DNA of 64,000 nt from Eledone cirrhosa (lineage: Eukaryota). This document shows positions 1 through 12,124 of the stretch, piece by piece; positions within the stretch are counted from its first letter, which is position 1, and each line of letters begins with the position of its first letter. The stretch is taken from contig OZ024746.1 in the NCBI GenBank assembly GCA_964016885.1, positions 7,254,001 to 7,318,000 on the forward strand, read 5' to 3'. A program made the translations under genes and the position numbers. The notes under the pieces were generated by a model. The model was given only the letters and a program-made list of their open reading frames with translations. It was not told the DNA's origin and did no database searches.

Positions 1-595
1 TATCTTTTTAGTGCAGCTATTGTAAATTACCTTGGGGATCGGTTGAAAAGTTCATAGGCTGACCAAGATACTCTCATGAAATGACCAAATGAGGTTTATT
101 TTTAACATAGTTCCTGGAAAGAAACAATGCAGTTATTAAGAGATGAAATTAATACATGCAAGATTTTACAGCTCTAGCATCACTCCTTCATAGTCAGCCT
201 ATCCTCGTATATACTTCTGGACCTTGTTGTTTAACTCCAGGTCATCCCTACATTTATAGGACCAATGATGAAGGCCATCCCAGCCATTTCATCTTTCTTC
301 AAGACATAGATTATCTCAAACTTCATTATCGCTGGTCTTTTTCTTTTAAGATGGTAGGGTGTGAATTAAGAGATATCTAGCTGCTATTTCTAGCAAGATG
401 AATGACCCAGGTAATTTCAGAGAAAGAAGGGCAACCATGAGCCTCTTTTCAGACTGTTCAATGAAAAAGGGATTGGGGTTCTGCAGTAGAAAGCAACACA
501 AGCTAATTATCCTCAGACTGAAGACAGAAGAACCAATACGCTTACAATAAAGTTAACTTCACTTCACTAAAGCCACCTGATGTTATTTTTATGTT

Positions 596-983
596 TTAAC
601 CCTTTAATGACCATATTTCTAATGAAATACACGGTATTTTGATTAATTAATGGAAGAATTTGGAGGGAATTTACTAAAATTATATTTCATTATTAAGGGT
701 GGATTAGCAGTATCGGTAGAGGGTCGGACGCCATGCTTTGATGCATAGGGTTACGGCCCTTATCATTCTGAGTTCAAATCCCGCCAAGGTTAACTTTGCC
801 TTTCATCCTTACGGGGTCGATAAAATAAAGTACCAGTAATGTACTGGATAATTGCTGGCCTTGTGCCAAAAGTAGAAACAATTATTAAGCTGGTTTTTGT
901 ATCAAAATGTTTTTATATAAAATTGTGGTTTTGTTTTATATAATCAGAGAAAGTTTTGACTGGCATGGTATTAAAAAAGTTAA
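596..983. mobile_element. piggyBac-like MITE (TTAA-CCCTTT ... AAAAAG-TTAA) interrupted by a SINE
   Basis: TTAA-bounded ends; internal sequence is related to the elements at 36345 and 52764. Confidence 0.55.
698..880 (+). mobile_element. tRNA-derived SINE family A, with target-site duplication, nested in a piggyBac-like MITE
   Basis: A-box-like TAGCAGTATCGG, B-box GAGTTCAAATCC, core GCCTTTCATCCTTACGGGGTCGATAAAATAAAGTACCAG; TSD ATTATTAAG at 689-697 and 881-889. Confidence 0.85.
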
Positions 984-1141
984 ATGAATCTCAAGAAAGA
1001 AAAATGTATTTCATATATAGCTTTCATCATTTTAAATATTTGATAATTTGATTTTGAAGATTATATTTTTATTTTCTTTGATTCCTATTGTTTTAATCAA
1101 ACTTTTTTTGTGTTTGTGTTTTTTTTTATTATTATTTTTAG

Positions 1142-1319
1142 TAGCCGCCGTGATAGACATGCAAAGACACTGGACATTGCACAAGAGGAGGTCCTTACTT
1201 GTTTAGGCATCCATCTTCATGAAAGAATGTATCGAATATGGCGGGAATTAAAAGCTGAAGAGCAGACTTGGCAGATATTGTTTTATTTAGGAATTAATGC
1301 CTTAAAGAAAGGCTTTGAA
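1142..1319 (+). CDS. GGNBP2: Gametogenetin-binding protein 2, internal exon (5' part of gene is outside the window)
   Basis: Encodes (S)RRDRHAKTLDIAQEEVLTCLGIHLHERMYRIWRELKAEEQTWQILFYLGINALKKGFE, which matches my recollection of the conserved GGNBP2 segment. T-rich tract plus TAGTAG acceptor (start 1142 or 1145); GTAAGT donor at 1320. Confidence 0.93.
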
Positions 1320-2368
1320 GTAAGTTCCAAATTGAAGTCTTTTTATTGTTGTGAGGCATTTATTTTTATTGATAATATCAAACCTTCTCAACTTATTATT
1401 GTGGTTGTTGTTGGTACTCACTTTATGTATTCAATTGAATTCAAAGTTCTTATTTTTTTCTTCCTATTATTTCATGATTTCAACATAAAAGCCGGTAATC
1501 TACTGGGGTCAGTTTCTTTTCTCCCAACTGAGTGTTTCATTCCAAAAGAAGAAATGAATTGCTTTGACATGTTGTTCAAGTCCGGTCTTTTGAAATTTGT
1601 TTGCAACATATTTCAAGCAATGGATATTTTTAATTCCCTCTAGGTTTTAACTAATGTCTAAGAAAATGATTTTTTTTCCTTCCAAAATTTTATGTAAACA
1701 TTGAGTCAAAAGTAGGAACTTTTATCAGTCACTGTTAGTAAACTAGTTTCTGTTTGATTCACCAGCAGTGGTTGTGGCCATTGTGGGACAGCAGGGAATA
1801 TATTGGTCTAGTAAAATTGTCATTTGTTTACTACACCATTATCATAAAGACAAGTACATAGTTAACATAGAGAGCAACTGAAATAGGTGCTGGCTTGGCT
1901 GTGTGGCTTTTGGCTTCAGAACTATAAGACAAGTACATGGTTAACATAGAGAGCAATTGAAATAGATGCTGGCTTGGCTGTGTGGCTGTTGGCTTCAGAA
2001 CTAAGTGGTTTTGGTTTCCCACTGCATCGGACCTTGTGTCTTCAACTGTAGCTCCAGGCCTAACTATATCTTCTCAATGAATTTTGTATTCCGCCAATGA
2101 CTGAAACTAGTAGAAGAATAAGATAAATGTTTATTCATACTTCTGTTCTAATAATAGTCCTGGAATAAAAGAGAAACTTCCCCACTCTCTGTCTCTATAC
2201 AAAGAATGTTTACTCATATAAAAGAACTTTATACAATTTTTCCACTAAAAAAAAAAAACAAGAATCTTCCACATTCTGTCTCTATACTAAGTGTTTCTTT
2301 ATATATATGGTAAAGAATTTGATATAATTTTCCACTATTTTCTCATTTTCTCCGTTTTTATCACACAG

Positions 2369-2557
2369 ATGGAGTTGGAACGAAAGCAGGGAGTGTCTAA
2401 TTTGGAACTAATGTGTGAAGAATTACTTGAAGAAGAACGAGTCCGTGAACAGAAACGAGAATTAAAACGAGAAAAAAGAAAAAAGCGGCGAGCTAAAATC
2501 CAGTTGTCAGAAGTGGATTCACCTCCCCTTAGCAAACAAATTTCCTCGGAGTGCAAA
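2369..2557 (+). CDS. GGNBP2: GGNBP2 exon (charged coiled coil MELERKQGVSNLELMCEELLEEERVREQKRELKREKRKKRR)
   Basis: CACAG acceptor, GTAAAT donor, 189 nt, phase 0/0, in frame with the previous exon. Confidence 0.92.
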
Positions 2558-3118
2558 GTAAATGATTATTTTGTAGTGTTAATTACTGTATTTGATAGAT
2601 TGTAAGATGCACTTTTATTTTTTTTCCTCAAAAAATTGATCACCCTGCATCTTATAAAGTCATGGTCAATTTTGCATATTCCACTGAGCAACATTTTGGG
2701 CAAATATATTCTATCCTAGTCGTGAATTGTCTCAGCTATGTGAGTGAATGGATTGGAAACTGTATTGAAAGATCAGATGGACTAGTATCTGTTCTTGGGT
2801 GATAAAATATTTTATACTTTATCTTATTACTGAGATAATTCTGTAGTATTGGTCTAAATCATCCTCATCATTGTTTAACATTTATTTTCCATGTTTGCGT
2901 GGATACAGTATTTATTCCCATCTGTCTACATTGTGAGTTCAAGTCTCACTAGATTTTACTTCCTCCTTCACCCTTCCAAAGTCCATAAAATAAACACTAG
3001 TAATACCAACCATTCCTTGCCAGCTTCCCTCACTAAAAATAGTTTCCTTGATCTGATCTGACAATCCTTTTTCCTTTCCTTGATATTTATTCTTTGTTCT
3101 TTGTATTGTTTTTTCCAG

Positions 3119-3758
3119 TGTGATAATAGTCCAAAGAAAAGTTCTAGAATTTACAATGGTCGTCACAAGGAAATCTCTAGGAACGATCATGACATGAAAC
3201 TGGTTTCTATTGAGAATTGTCAGAAACCATCCAGTGAAATTTATCGAAAGGTGTCAGATATGAAGGCTCCTTGTTGTGGTAAGGCTGTGTCGAAACCTAG
3301 GGTACTACAACGGGAGCAGTCTACATCACCTTCTTTGTTAACACGCCGGTGCGGTCGCAGGTGTCGACCAACAACAACAACTTCAAACATCGCCACTAAA
3401 ACGACTAGTAGTAGTAGTAGTAGCAGCAACAGTAGTAGTAGTAGCAACAACAGCAACAACAAGCATACAATGACTACAGAGGCAGATGATGATGATGAAG
3501 ATGCTGAGTACTATAATATGGGGCGGTGTTGTGACCTTGTTCATGACGTAGATAGGATGGCTACCTCGTCATCATCATCATCATCATCGTCCTCATCAAC
3601 TGCTACAACTTTAAATTCTGTTGGTTCCAACTATACAACAAGTAATGGAAGTGATTGTGGGTATTCATCAGGAGCTGAAGGCTGTGAAAATTGTGGACTA
3701 CAAGGTTCCAATGAGAATGCAGATGTGATGTGTTTGGAAGACTTTATTCATCAAAAAG
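3119..3758 (+). CDS. GGNBP2: GGNBP2 exon (low-complexity Ser/Asn/Asp tracts followed by the SDCGYSS motif)
   Basis: TTCCAG acceptor; 640-nt open frame within ORF 3080-3796; contains GSDCGYSSGAEG; GTATAC donor; phase 0/1. Confidence 0.88.
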
Positions 3759-4143
3759 GTATACTGTTTCTATATTCTCCCTTCTCTATCAGTTGAAAAG
3801 CTTTTTATTTATATATGTATGTTATGTATGGGCAGCAAATTGACAGAGTTGTTAGAATGTCAGATAGAATGATTTGCGATATTCATTTCAGCTCTTTGTG
3901 TTCTGAGTTCAAATCCCACTATAGTCAGCTTTGCCTTTCATCCTTTACTGTCGATTAAAAAAAAAAAAAAAAGTTATCAGGCTAGTACTAGGGTTAATTC
4001 TTTCTCCATATCTCTTTCTCTATTAAAAAAACACGGCATGTTCTGGAGAGGAGATGGGCTCAGCCAGGTTTTAATAAATGCCCAAGGAATGTGTTACTAT
4101 GGCACCATTACGACTCTATCAGAAGTTATGGATACATACATGT

Positions 4144-4227
<84 letters not shown>

Positions 4228-4688
4228 CAATATTTCAATATCCTTTTCTTTCCAAACACAATTGCCAATAATTTCAGGTTGTCTATGCCACAGCTGAAGA
4301 ATCCTCTCAACCTTTTGGTTGGCAACTTTTCTACAACTGGAAGCTATTCCTATCACCATATATAACTGACTGAATACACATGATTTCTCTCAAAATGTTT
4401 TTCTGTTCCTTCCTTTTCTCACTCTATCTCATCTTATAGTTTCTAAACCTTACATTTGGCCCAGGTAATAGTTATTTCTCCAAGGTTATTTATACATTTA
4501 ATTCTCTGTGTCAATTGCTGAACAATTATGTAACCTGGTATTTATTTATTAGTTTTATATTGCTTTTATTTCTCATTCTATCTTGTGATGAAGGACTGGT
4601 GTCCAAAACTTTGATTCTTTTTCCCACTACATTAAATATTAAACTAATATATTCATTGTACTGTGCCTTTGCTTTATTTCTGTTTACT

Positions 4689-4728
<40 letters not shown>

Positions 4729-4736
4729 TGTGTATG

Positions 4737-4767
<31 letters not shown>

Positions 4768-4830
4768 AAACTTGGGTTTGAATCAACCATGTTATGGTGA
4801 TGTTCTTTACATAAGTTATGTATTTTACAG

Positions 4831-4934
4831 GTGACTGTGATGGTTTAGAAAATACAGTGTCTCTAGGTCTTAGTTCCTGGAACAATTGCCGGGTAAATAG
4901 AAATTCTACTCTAAAGGATCAGTCTCCTGATCAG
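4831..4934 (+). CDS. GGNBP2: GGNBP2 exon
   Basis: TTTTACAG acceptor, CAG|GTAAGT donor, 104 nt, phase 1/0 compatible with flanking exons. Confidence 0.8.
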
Positions 4935-5333
4935 GTAAGTAAGGAACCCTTGACAAATACCTTGTCAAAAATGTTTTTTTATCTTAATAATCTAATCAAG
5001 GGATAGTCTTTATGATAATGATCTACACTTTGGGATCATCTCAATAAAAACCTAAGACTGTTTAACAATTAGGATTAGCAATGATAGCTGAAAAAAAAAG
5101 TTCATACCTATGTAGATTTAGCTGGCCTCCTGAGTGGTTGCATCTCACAAGAGGTTTGTTGAGGGGGTCTTAATGATAGAGACCCCAGTTATATCATGAA
5201 AAGCAACATGAAATAGAGAATCTTGCTCAAGAAGACATGCTGCCTGGTCTAGCCCATGACCTTATGATTATGAATCCAACACTTTAATCACTAGTTATTG
5301 TTGCTTAGTCCTGATTGAGCAGATCTATGCCTT

Positions 5334-5632
5334 GTTTGACAGTGAAGGTACATGGCCTAGTAGCTAGTGTTTGACTGTGAAGGTACATGGCCTAGTAGCT
5401 AGTGTTTGACTGTGAAGGTACATGGCCTAGTAGCTAGTGTTTGACAGTGAAGGCACATGGCCTAGTAGCTAGTGTTTGACTGTGAAGGTACATGGCCTAG
5501 TAGCTAGTGTTTGACTGTGAAGGTACATGGCCTAATAGCTAGTGTTTGACTGTGAAGGTACATGGCCTAGTAGCTAGTGTTTGACTGTGAAGGTACATGG
5601 CCTAGTAGCTAGTGTTTGATAGTGAAGGTACA
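5334..5632. repeat. 35-bp minisatellite, about 8.5 copies (GGNBP2 intron)
   Basis: Unit GTTTGACTGTGAAGGTACATGGCCTAGTAGCTAGT. Confidence 0.95.
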
Positions 5633-7004
5633 CCTGAGAAACCTACATTAGTTAGAGACCTGCTGGTTACGCTACCATGTCTTAGATAGAATCTGTCCAA
5701 TATTAATAGACTGATTCTTTTAGTCTTCATGTCTATAACATTAATTCTACAGTTGAGAGATGGAGGTGGGGATTGTGAAGTAGATGTAAAATAATGAAGT
5801 AAAAAATATATTTATTCAAATGACAGGAAAATAATTATAATTTGACTTCGAATTTTGCACAAAGCCAGCAATTGGGGTTGGGGAAATCAATTAAATTGCC
5901 CCCAATTGGCTACTGGTACTTTATTTTATTGACCTCAAAAGGATGAAAGGTAAAGTCGACCTTGAATTTGAATTGAGAGCATAAAAAGTGAAATAATCCT
6001 ACCAATCTTCTATTTAAGTGTTAGAGTAGAGGTAACTTCCCTTTCAACCAAGCTTAATCTGTTACTTCCGTCCTTTTTGTCTCAAAACCAGAATATTTTT
6101 TATTAGAATAAGACCGCGAATTGGCAGTCGTTGGGACGTCGGATAGAATATTTTGAGGTATTCGTTCTGGCTTTCTGAGTTCAACTTTGCCTTTCATCTA
6201 TTCCAGGTAAAAAAAAAGTACCAGTCAAGTACTGGGGTCGGTTCTTCCTATATATCTCACTTCTTGTCCTTCTCTGGAAGAAATCTACTGTATTCAGACC
6301 TGGAGATGGGCTCTGCTAGGTTTTAAAATACCCTAGAAATGCTGTATGTCAATATGGCGCCCCTATGACTCCCTCGGGAGTTAGGGACCATACCAGAATA
6401 AGACATAATAATGACAGACTGGATAAAATGATAGGATTTAGACAGACTTATGTGTAGTTCAATATTCTGATCTGAATAATTTAATCCAAAAGCAGATCAA
6501 TTTTTCACTGAAAATGTATCTTGTATTCACTTTTATAACTGTAGTTGTCCCCCCTGAATATGATGGCCAAATTCCTTTGATATCTCTGTAGCTTCAACAT
6601 TTATTCACCCAGTCCTGTAGTTCTGATTTCAAATTCTTCCGGATTAATTCTAAGATACAGTGGAACCATGGTTCACAAACTATGTTCCTAAGGTCGTTTG
6701 TCACCCAAAATGTTTCTAAACTGAAACTATTTTTCCCATATGAAATGTTGAGAGAGAAATACAGTAAGAGAGAGAGAGAGACTGTGTGAAAGACAGATAT
6801 CACCTTAGTAACTAACTACACAGCAAGTGACACTTTCCCGTTGATAGACCAAGCTTGTTCCCGGCTTGCTTGTTTGTGAACTGAGATGTTTTATGTTTAA
6901 AAAGTTGTTTGTGATGAGAGGCGTTCATGAATCCTCCATATTTCTATTATATTTAATTTCATTGTGACTCTACCAACACGGATACATCAAAACTGTTTGT
7001 GATA

Positions 7005-7210
7005 TTTTGTGACACCATCAAGTGTTGTGAGGTAGTCTAACATTTTATTGTGACACCACCAACATAGTTGTGAGGCAGTTTGTGACACCATCAAGTGTTG
7101 TGAGGTAGTTTGTAACATTTTATTGTGACACCACCAACAGTGTTGTGAGGTAGTTTGTAACATTTTATTGTGACACCACCAACAGTGTTGTGAGGTAGTT
7201 TGTAACATTA
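7005..7210. repeat. About 45-bp minisatellite just upstream of a GGNBP2 acceptor
   Basis: Unit TTGTGACACCACCAACAGTGTTGTGAGGTAGTTTGTAACATTTTA plus shorter variants. Confidence 0.9.
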
Positions 7211-7240
7211 TTTTCTAAATTATTTTGTTCTGTTTTACAG

Positions 7241-7336
7241 TGTAATAAATTGAATAACAGAACTGAGTATTACATCCAAAAGCGGCCTGAGAGAAGACTT
7301 CAGAAAGAGACTTTATCGTTACAAGATATGTTAGAT
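7241..7336 (+). CDS. GGNBP2: GGNBP2 exon (CNKLNN...TLSLQDMLD)
   Basis: TTTTACAG acceptor, GTAAGT donor, 96 nt open, phase 0/0. Not in the ORF track. Confidence 0.82.
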
Positions 7337-7842
7337 GTAAGTATTTTGAGGACTTTTTTTACATAACGTTTTGTTTTGTTTCTCTTTTTGAAAAAAAAAA
7401 CCCTAGACTCCTGTTTCATTTGAGATCTGTCTAATTCTCTAAACTAATATTTAGAAAATTTTGATTTTCTAAATTAATATCCAGGTCCCCCTTAAAAAGC
7501 ACTTCTATATCAGGATGGTGATAGTGATCTTCTCATAGTATCTCTGTGATAGCAGCATTCCAATTCAAAACTAAATGTACTCATTAAAAGAACATCCATC
7601 TCTGTAAATGAAGTCTAAAGATCAAACCAATGGGATTTCTGAGCAGTTGCTCGACTTTCCTAAAGATAGTAGATAAATATGTATCTCTAGTTACATCATC
7701 TTAAGAAGGAACATATAGGTTAACTTAGTCCTAGATAGATTGTCAAAATGATGAGATAGTCTTAGTTGGAATTCTTTTGATAATATATGTATATATGTGT
7801 ATATGTATTTTTTTTTTTTTCATATATGTTCTCTCATTTCAG

Positions 7843-8004
7843 TCTTCACATCTGTCAGAGGATGATGTCATTTCAGAAGAGGAGATTAAACGATTCCGAG
7901 AGAACGAGACAGCCAACCTCCGCTTACGACAAGAGCTTAGAGAGAAACTTCGTCAGCGTTTCAACCAAATGCAGTTACAGTGCAGCATTCAGACTGTCAA
8001 GTAG
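7843..8004 (+). CDS. GGNBP2: GGNBP2 terminal coding exon (SEDDVISEEEIKRF...RQELREKLRQRF)
   Basis: CATTTCAG acceptor; resembles the conserved GGNBP2 C-terminus; TAG stop at 8002-8004. Confidence 0.9.
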   Translation, partial: SSHLSEDDVISEEEIKRFRENETANLRLRQELREKLRQRFNQMQLQCSIQTVK

Positions 8005-9182
8005 TTTGCATGAGCTATACACTACTGTCTGTCTGTCTGTCTGCACTTTGTTACTATTTGTTGTTGTTGTTGTTGCCAACAAGGCCTATGTAACTAAACT
8101 TTTCATCAGCTAACAACAACAGCCATGACACTGCTCAGCTTTTTCTTCACTGTAATATCCACTGGTTGCTGCTGTTGTGCTTTCAGTTGCAACCCTCCTT
8201 GTGCTTCCTCACTTGATAAAGCCAACAACCCTCTTCAAATACTCTTCTTTTCTTTTCTTTCTTTATAATTTTCTTTTCTTTCTTTTTTTTTTGTTGTTGT
8301 TGTTTCAATTCTTAAGTTCACAACATGATACACACCTCTGTCTGGGCTGGAAATACCTACATTGGTCCTTCATGCACATATTTGCATCACCACCAACCAA
8401 CCTCTTTCTCTAGCTACATTGCCTTCTCCGTGTTTTAAATCCTTGCTCTCTCTCTCTCTCTACAACTTCCCAACTTCTCTATAACCTTCCTTGTCACTCT
8501 ACATTTTCTCTCCCTCTCTCTCTGTCTCTTCTTGTATTTCAACCATCTCTCTCTCTCTGCTGCTTAACCTCCCCACCCCACTTATTCCTCCCTGCCTCTT
8601 TTATGGGAGACAGTAGGCAGGGATTCGAAGGTGGTGCTACAGCATGGCCACAGTCAAATATCTGAAGTTAGTAAAGGAATATAAAAATATATATGTATAT
8701 AGAACTTTTTCTAAATTGAAAAGAATAAAATTTATATTAATGTTCTCCCCTCTTTTTTTTTTTTTTTTTTTTTTTTTCCAATTTAAAAAACTTCTTGTTT
8801 GGTATGACCACCACCCCACCCCCATTCCCCACCCTGCTGCCCTTCAAAGGTCAAGACTGGGTTTAGTTAGTTATTCTAAGTGTTACAAAGAACTTGAGTC
8901 AGTGCAGGATCGATATTGATTAGAAGTAGGTGATATTACTTAATTTAAGGTGGGAGAGTGGGTTAATGGTCAACTGGTGAAGTGGAGTCTTCTCCATATA
9001 ACACAGTGAAATATATTAATAAACATACATTCCTAATGTTTGTTTCTATTTAGTAATATATCAGTGCTGTATATATATATATAGGCATAGTTATGTGTGT
9101 CAGTGCTGTATAAATGTGTATATATGTATGTATATAGGTATAGGTTGTTAAGGAATGTAAGGAATGTGTCAGTGCTATATAA

Positions 9183-9226
<44 letters not shown>

Positions 9227-11768
9227 TGCTTAAAGAATGTGTCAGTGCTATATAAATGTGTATATATATATATATAGTTAATGTGGTTAAGGAATTTCCT
9301 TGCAACCATGTCATTTCAGGTTTGGTCCCAAAGTGTGGCACCTTGGGTCGATCAATACCTTGTTGATGAGAGACATCTTGTAAATGGAGCCTGTGCAAAA
9401 GCTTGTGTGTACGTGGTGTATATAGACTTGGTCAACCCACCATTGAAAAGCAGTATGATGAGTTTGGCCATTTAATGCCAAAAAAGTAAAGTTTAGTTAT
9501 AAAATAAGTTACTAGATTGACACAATTGCCAGGAGTTGATACTATTGATGGGAAATGTTGGAGGGGTTACCTCAGCAGGGAAAACTGACATTTAAAGATG
9601 ATTATATATCTGTGTTGTATGAAGCTATATGAATTGTGTTGTATGAATTTTATGTATCCCATGAGATTTTAACATCTACATCAGCAGGAATTATTTCTTA
9701 GTCTACTTTACACTTTCATTATTTGGCGATATATTTTATGTATGTGTGTGTATATACACACATATATATATATTGTGTGTATACACACACATATATATAT
9801 ACATTTGCGTATATATGTGTGTGTGTGTATATATACACACACACACACATACATTTGTGTATATATATAGTTTCAGCCATTAGATTGTGGCCTTGCTAGA
9901 GCGCATACTTTTTTAGAAACCCCCCACCCCCCTATTTCCCCCCTTGAAGTTGGCAAAATTAGATGACCACTGAATAAAATAGCTAAATGTTATGTTTGGT
10001 TACATTAATTGTTTAAACTTGAAATGAATTTTTTTTTTTTTTGAATTTGAAATAAATCTTTTATATATTTAAAGATGACACCTTTTTTTTCCACCTTCAT
10101 CTTTGATTGAAATCTTTTTTCTTTTTTTCTTTTCTTTTAGTTATATAATATAAGGCCAGTTTCCCTGCTAAATCATGGGTTAGCATTGTGGGTTCCACGA
10201 TAGCTTCATACTGATCATAGGGTCCATTAAGAGACAATGTTTTACAGCCAGATGTCTTTCAAGGCACCAACACTTTTAATCACTTTTTACATGTAGTGAC
10301 CCTGTCTACCTATTCTGATCTAGTTACACTCAGCAGGGATTCTATAGAATGAGGTTAGGTTTACATATTTTGTGTAAAACGTATTAAATATGTATGCATC
10401 CCCTCCACACACATGTAGGATGGATTGTTCTAACCTTTTTGTTATTATGCATGGGTATTCATAGTCCTGTAACTCCTGAGTTGTAGGGGTGCCATAGAGG
10501 TATACAGAGTTTCTAGGGCAATTTAAACCTGGCAGAGCCCATCCCTCTCCAGGATGTTACTATATTTCTAATTAAATATTGTTTTAATTAATTTGTGAAA
10601 TAAACTGATGGTATTTGATAACTTTTTCATTAAGGTGGTGTTTGGAACTTAACAGTTGTTCCATAGATTTGATGATAGGTTTTAATTTAAATATGAACAC
10701 ACTTGTATCATAGAACTTGAGGGTAGTTTTAAGCATGTTATCAAAATGGTTAATTAACTACTTGAAGGGTATTGTTGTTTAACTCTTGGTCAGCCCTGAT
10801 CAACGGTATTCCAGTCGCGATCAGGATGTCTTTGTTTTGTGTTTGTCATGCAGTAGATTACATTATCCAATGTGTCGTTTCTTTAAAATTGTTGGGTGTA
10901 AATTAAGGGAGATTTGGCTATAATTTCAAACTGATTGTGCAACATCATAGATATCTGTTGTCTTATGGTTTACAAGTTGTATCTGTGTCTTGTAACAAAT
11001 GAGAGAAGGCAGGGTTTAGGCTTTTTTAAATTTTTCTCTCCCGGACTATGTCTGTTTCTAAAATCTTTTAGGATTGATTTTCTGTCAGAATCCATTACAG
11101 GAAATCATGAGTACGGGTATGTTATATGTTACTGTGTATATGTATGTATATATATGTGGGGGGTTAAGTGTTTGGCTAAGGATCATAAGGTTGTGAGTTC
11201 AATTAATGGCAAAGAATTGTACCTGTAATTCAAAACACCAGCCTTGATACTGTATCATACTGAATCTCTTTGAGATCTATGTTATGGATACACGTGTCTG
11301 TGCGGAATGATTTTCCACTTGCATGTTAATTTCATGAGCAGGCCACTTGGTCAAACAACCAGGACAAATGTCCAACACACACACGGAATTGGGTAGACAG
11401 AAACTGTTTGGAAACCCGTCAGATGGACTGTACCTGTAATTCAAATGACCAGCCTTGTCTCACACACTGTCATGTTGAATCTCCCTGAGAATTATATAAT
11501 GGGTACACGTGTCTGTGGACTGCTCAGCTAGTTACATGTTAATTATGCAGGCTGTTCTGTTGACTGAATAACTAACTACTCATCGTTACAATGGACTGAA
11601 CTCCATTCCATATATATATGTTGATATCTGTATTGGTCTTCACATTGATATCACTGTAACTGGTGACATTTATTTATGTCCTACATTTTAGTGGCTCAAT
11701 AGGTGTGGAGACTTAAAAATAAATGTTGGTATTAAGGTAAGTCATCTAGCTGGAGAATATTGTCTCAA

Positions 11769-11814
<46 letters not shown>

Positions 11815-12091
11815 CACAGTGAAGCTCTTATGACCAACTACCACCAATGGCCTATTTAAGCCATTTCTTACTATCACTGTTTAGTTTAGAATTAATAACA
11901 TGAAACTACAATTGGTAACTCACAAAGATTCAGCTTTGAATATATATAATATATATGTATGTATACAGTCGTTTTCCTCACTGATTAATGTATAAGTGTA
12001 CACTAATTTGTTGGGTTTATATTTTAATAATACAGACTTAATTAAAGCGAGTGAGAAAATGACCGGCTGTGTCCCTTCTATAAGCTGTTTC

Positions 12092-12124
<33 letters not shown>

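Noticed and set aside
698-790. tRNA gene
   Set aside because: A and B boxes are present but there is no cloverleaf. It is the head of a multi-copy SINE.
4580-4695. GTGATGAAGGAC-TGGT-GTCCAAAAC hammerhead-like remnant before (CA)n(TA)n
   Set aside because: Both core boxes are mutated (GUGAUGA, AAAA) and stems I and III are missing. At most a dead PLE end.
11956-12069. Imperfect inverted repeat GTCGTTTTCCTCAC / GTGAGAAAATGAC
   Set aside because: Short stem, ~70-nt loop and no ribozyme core. Probably a decayed repeat.
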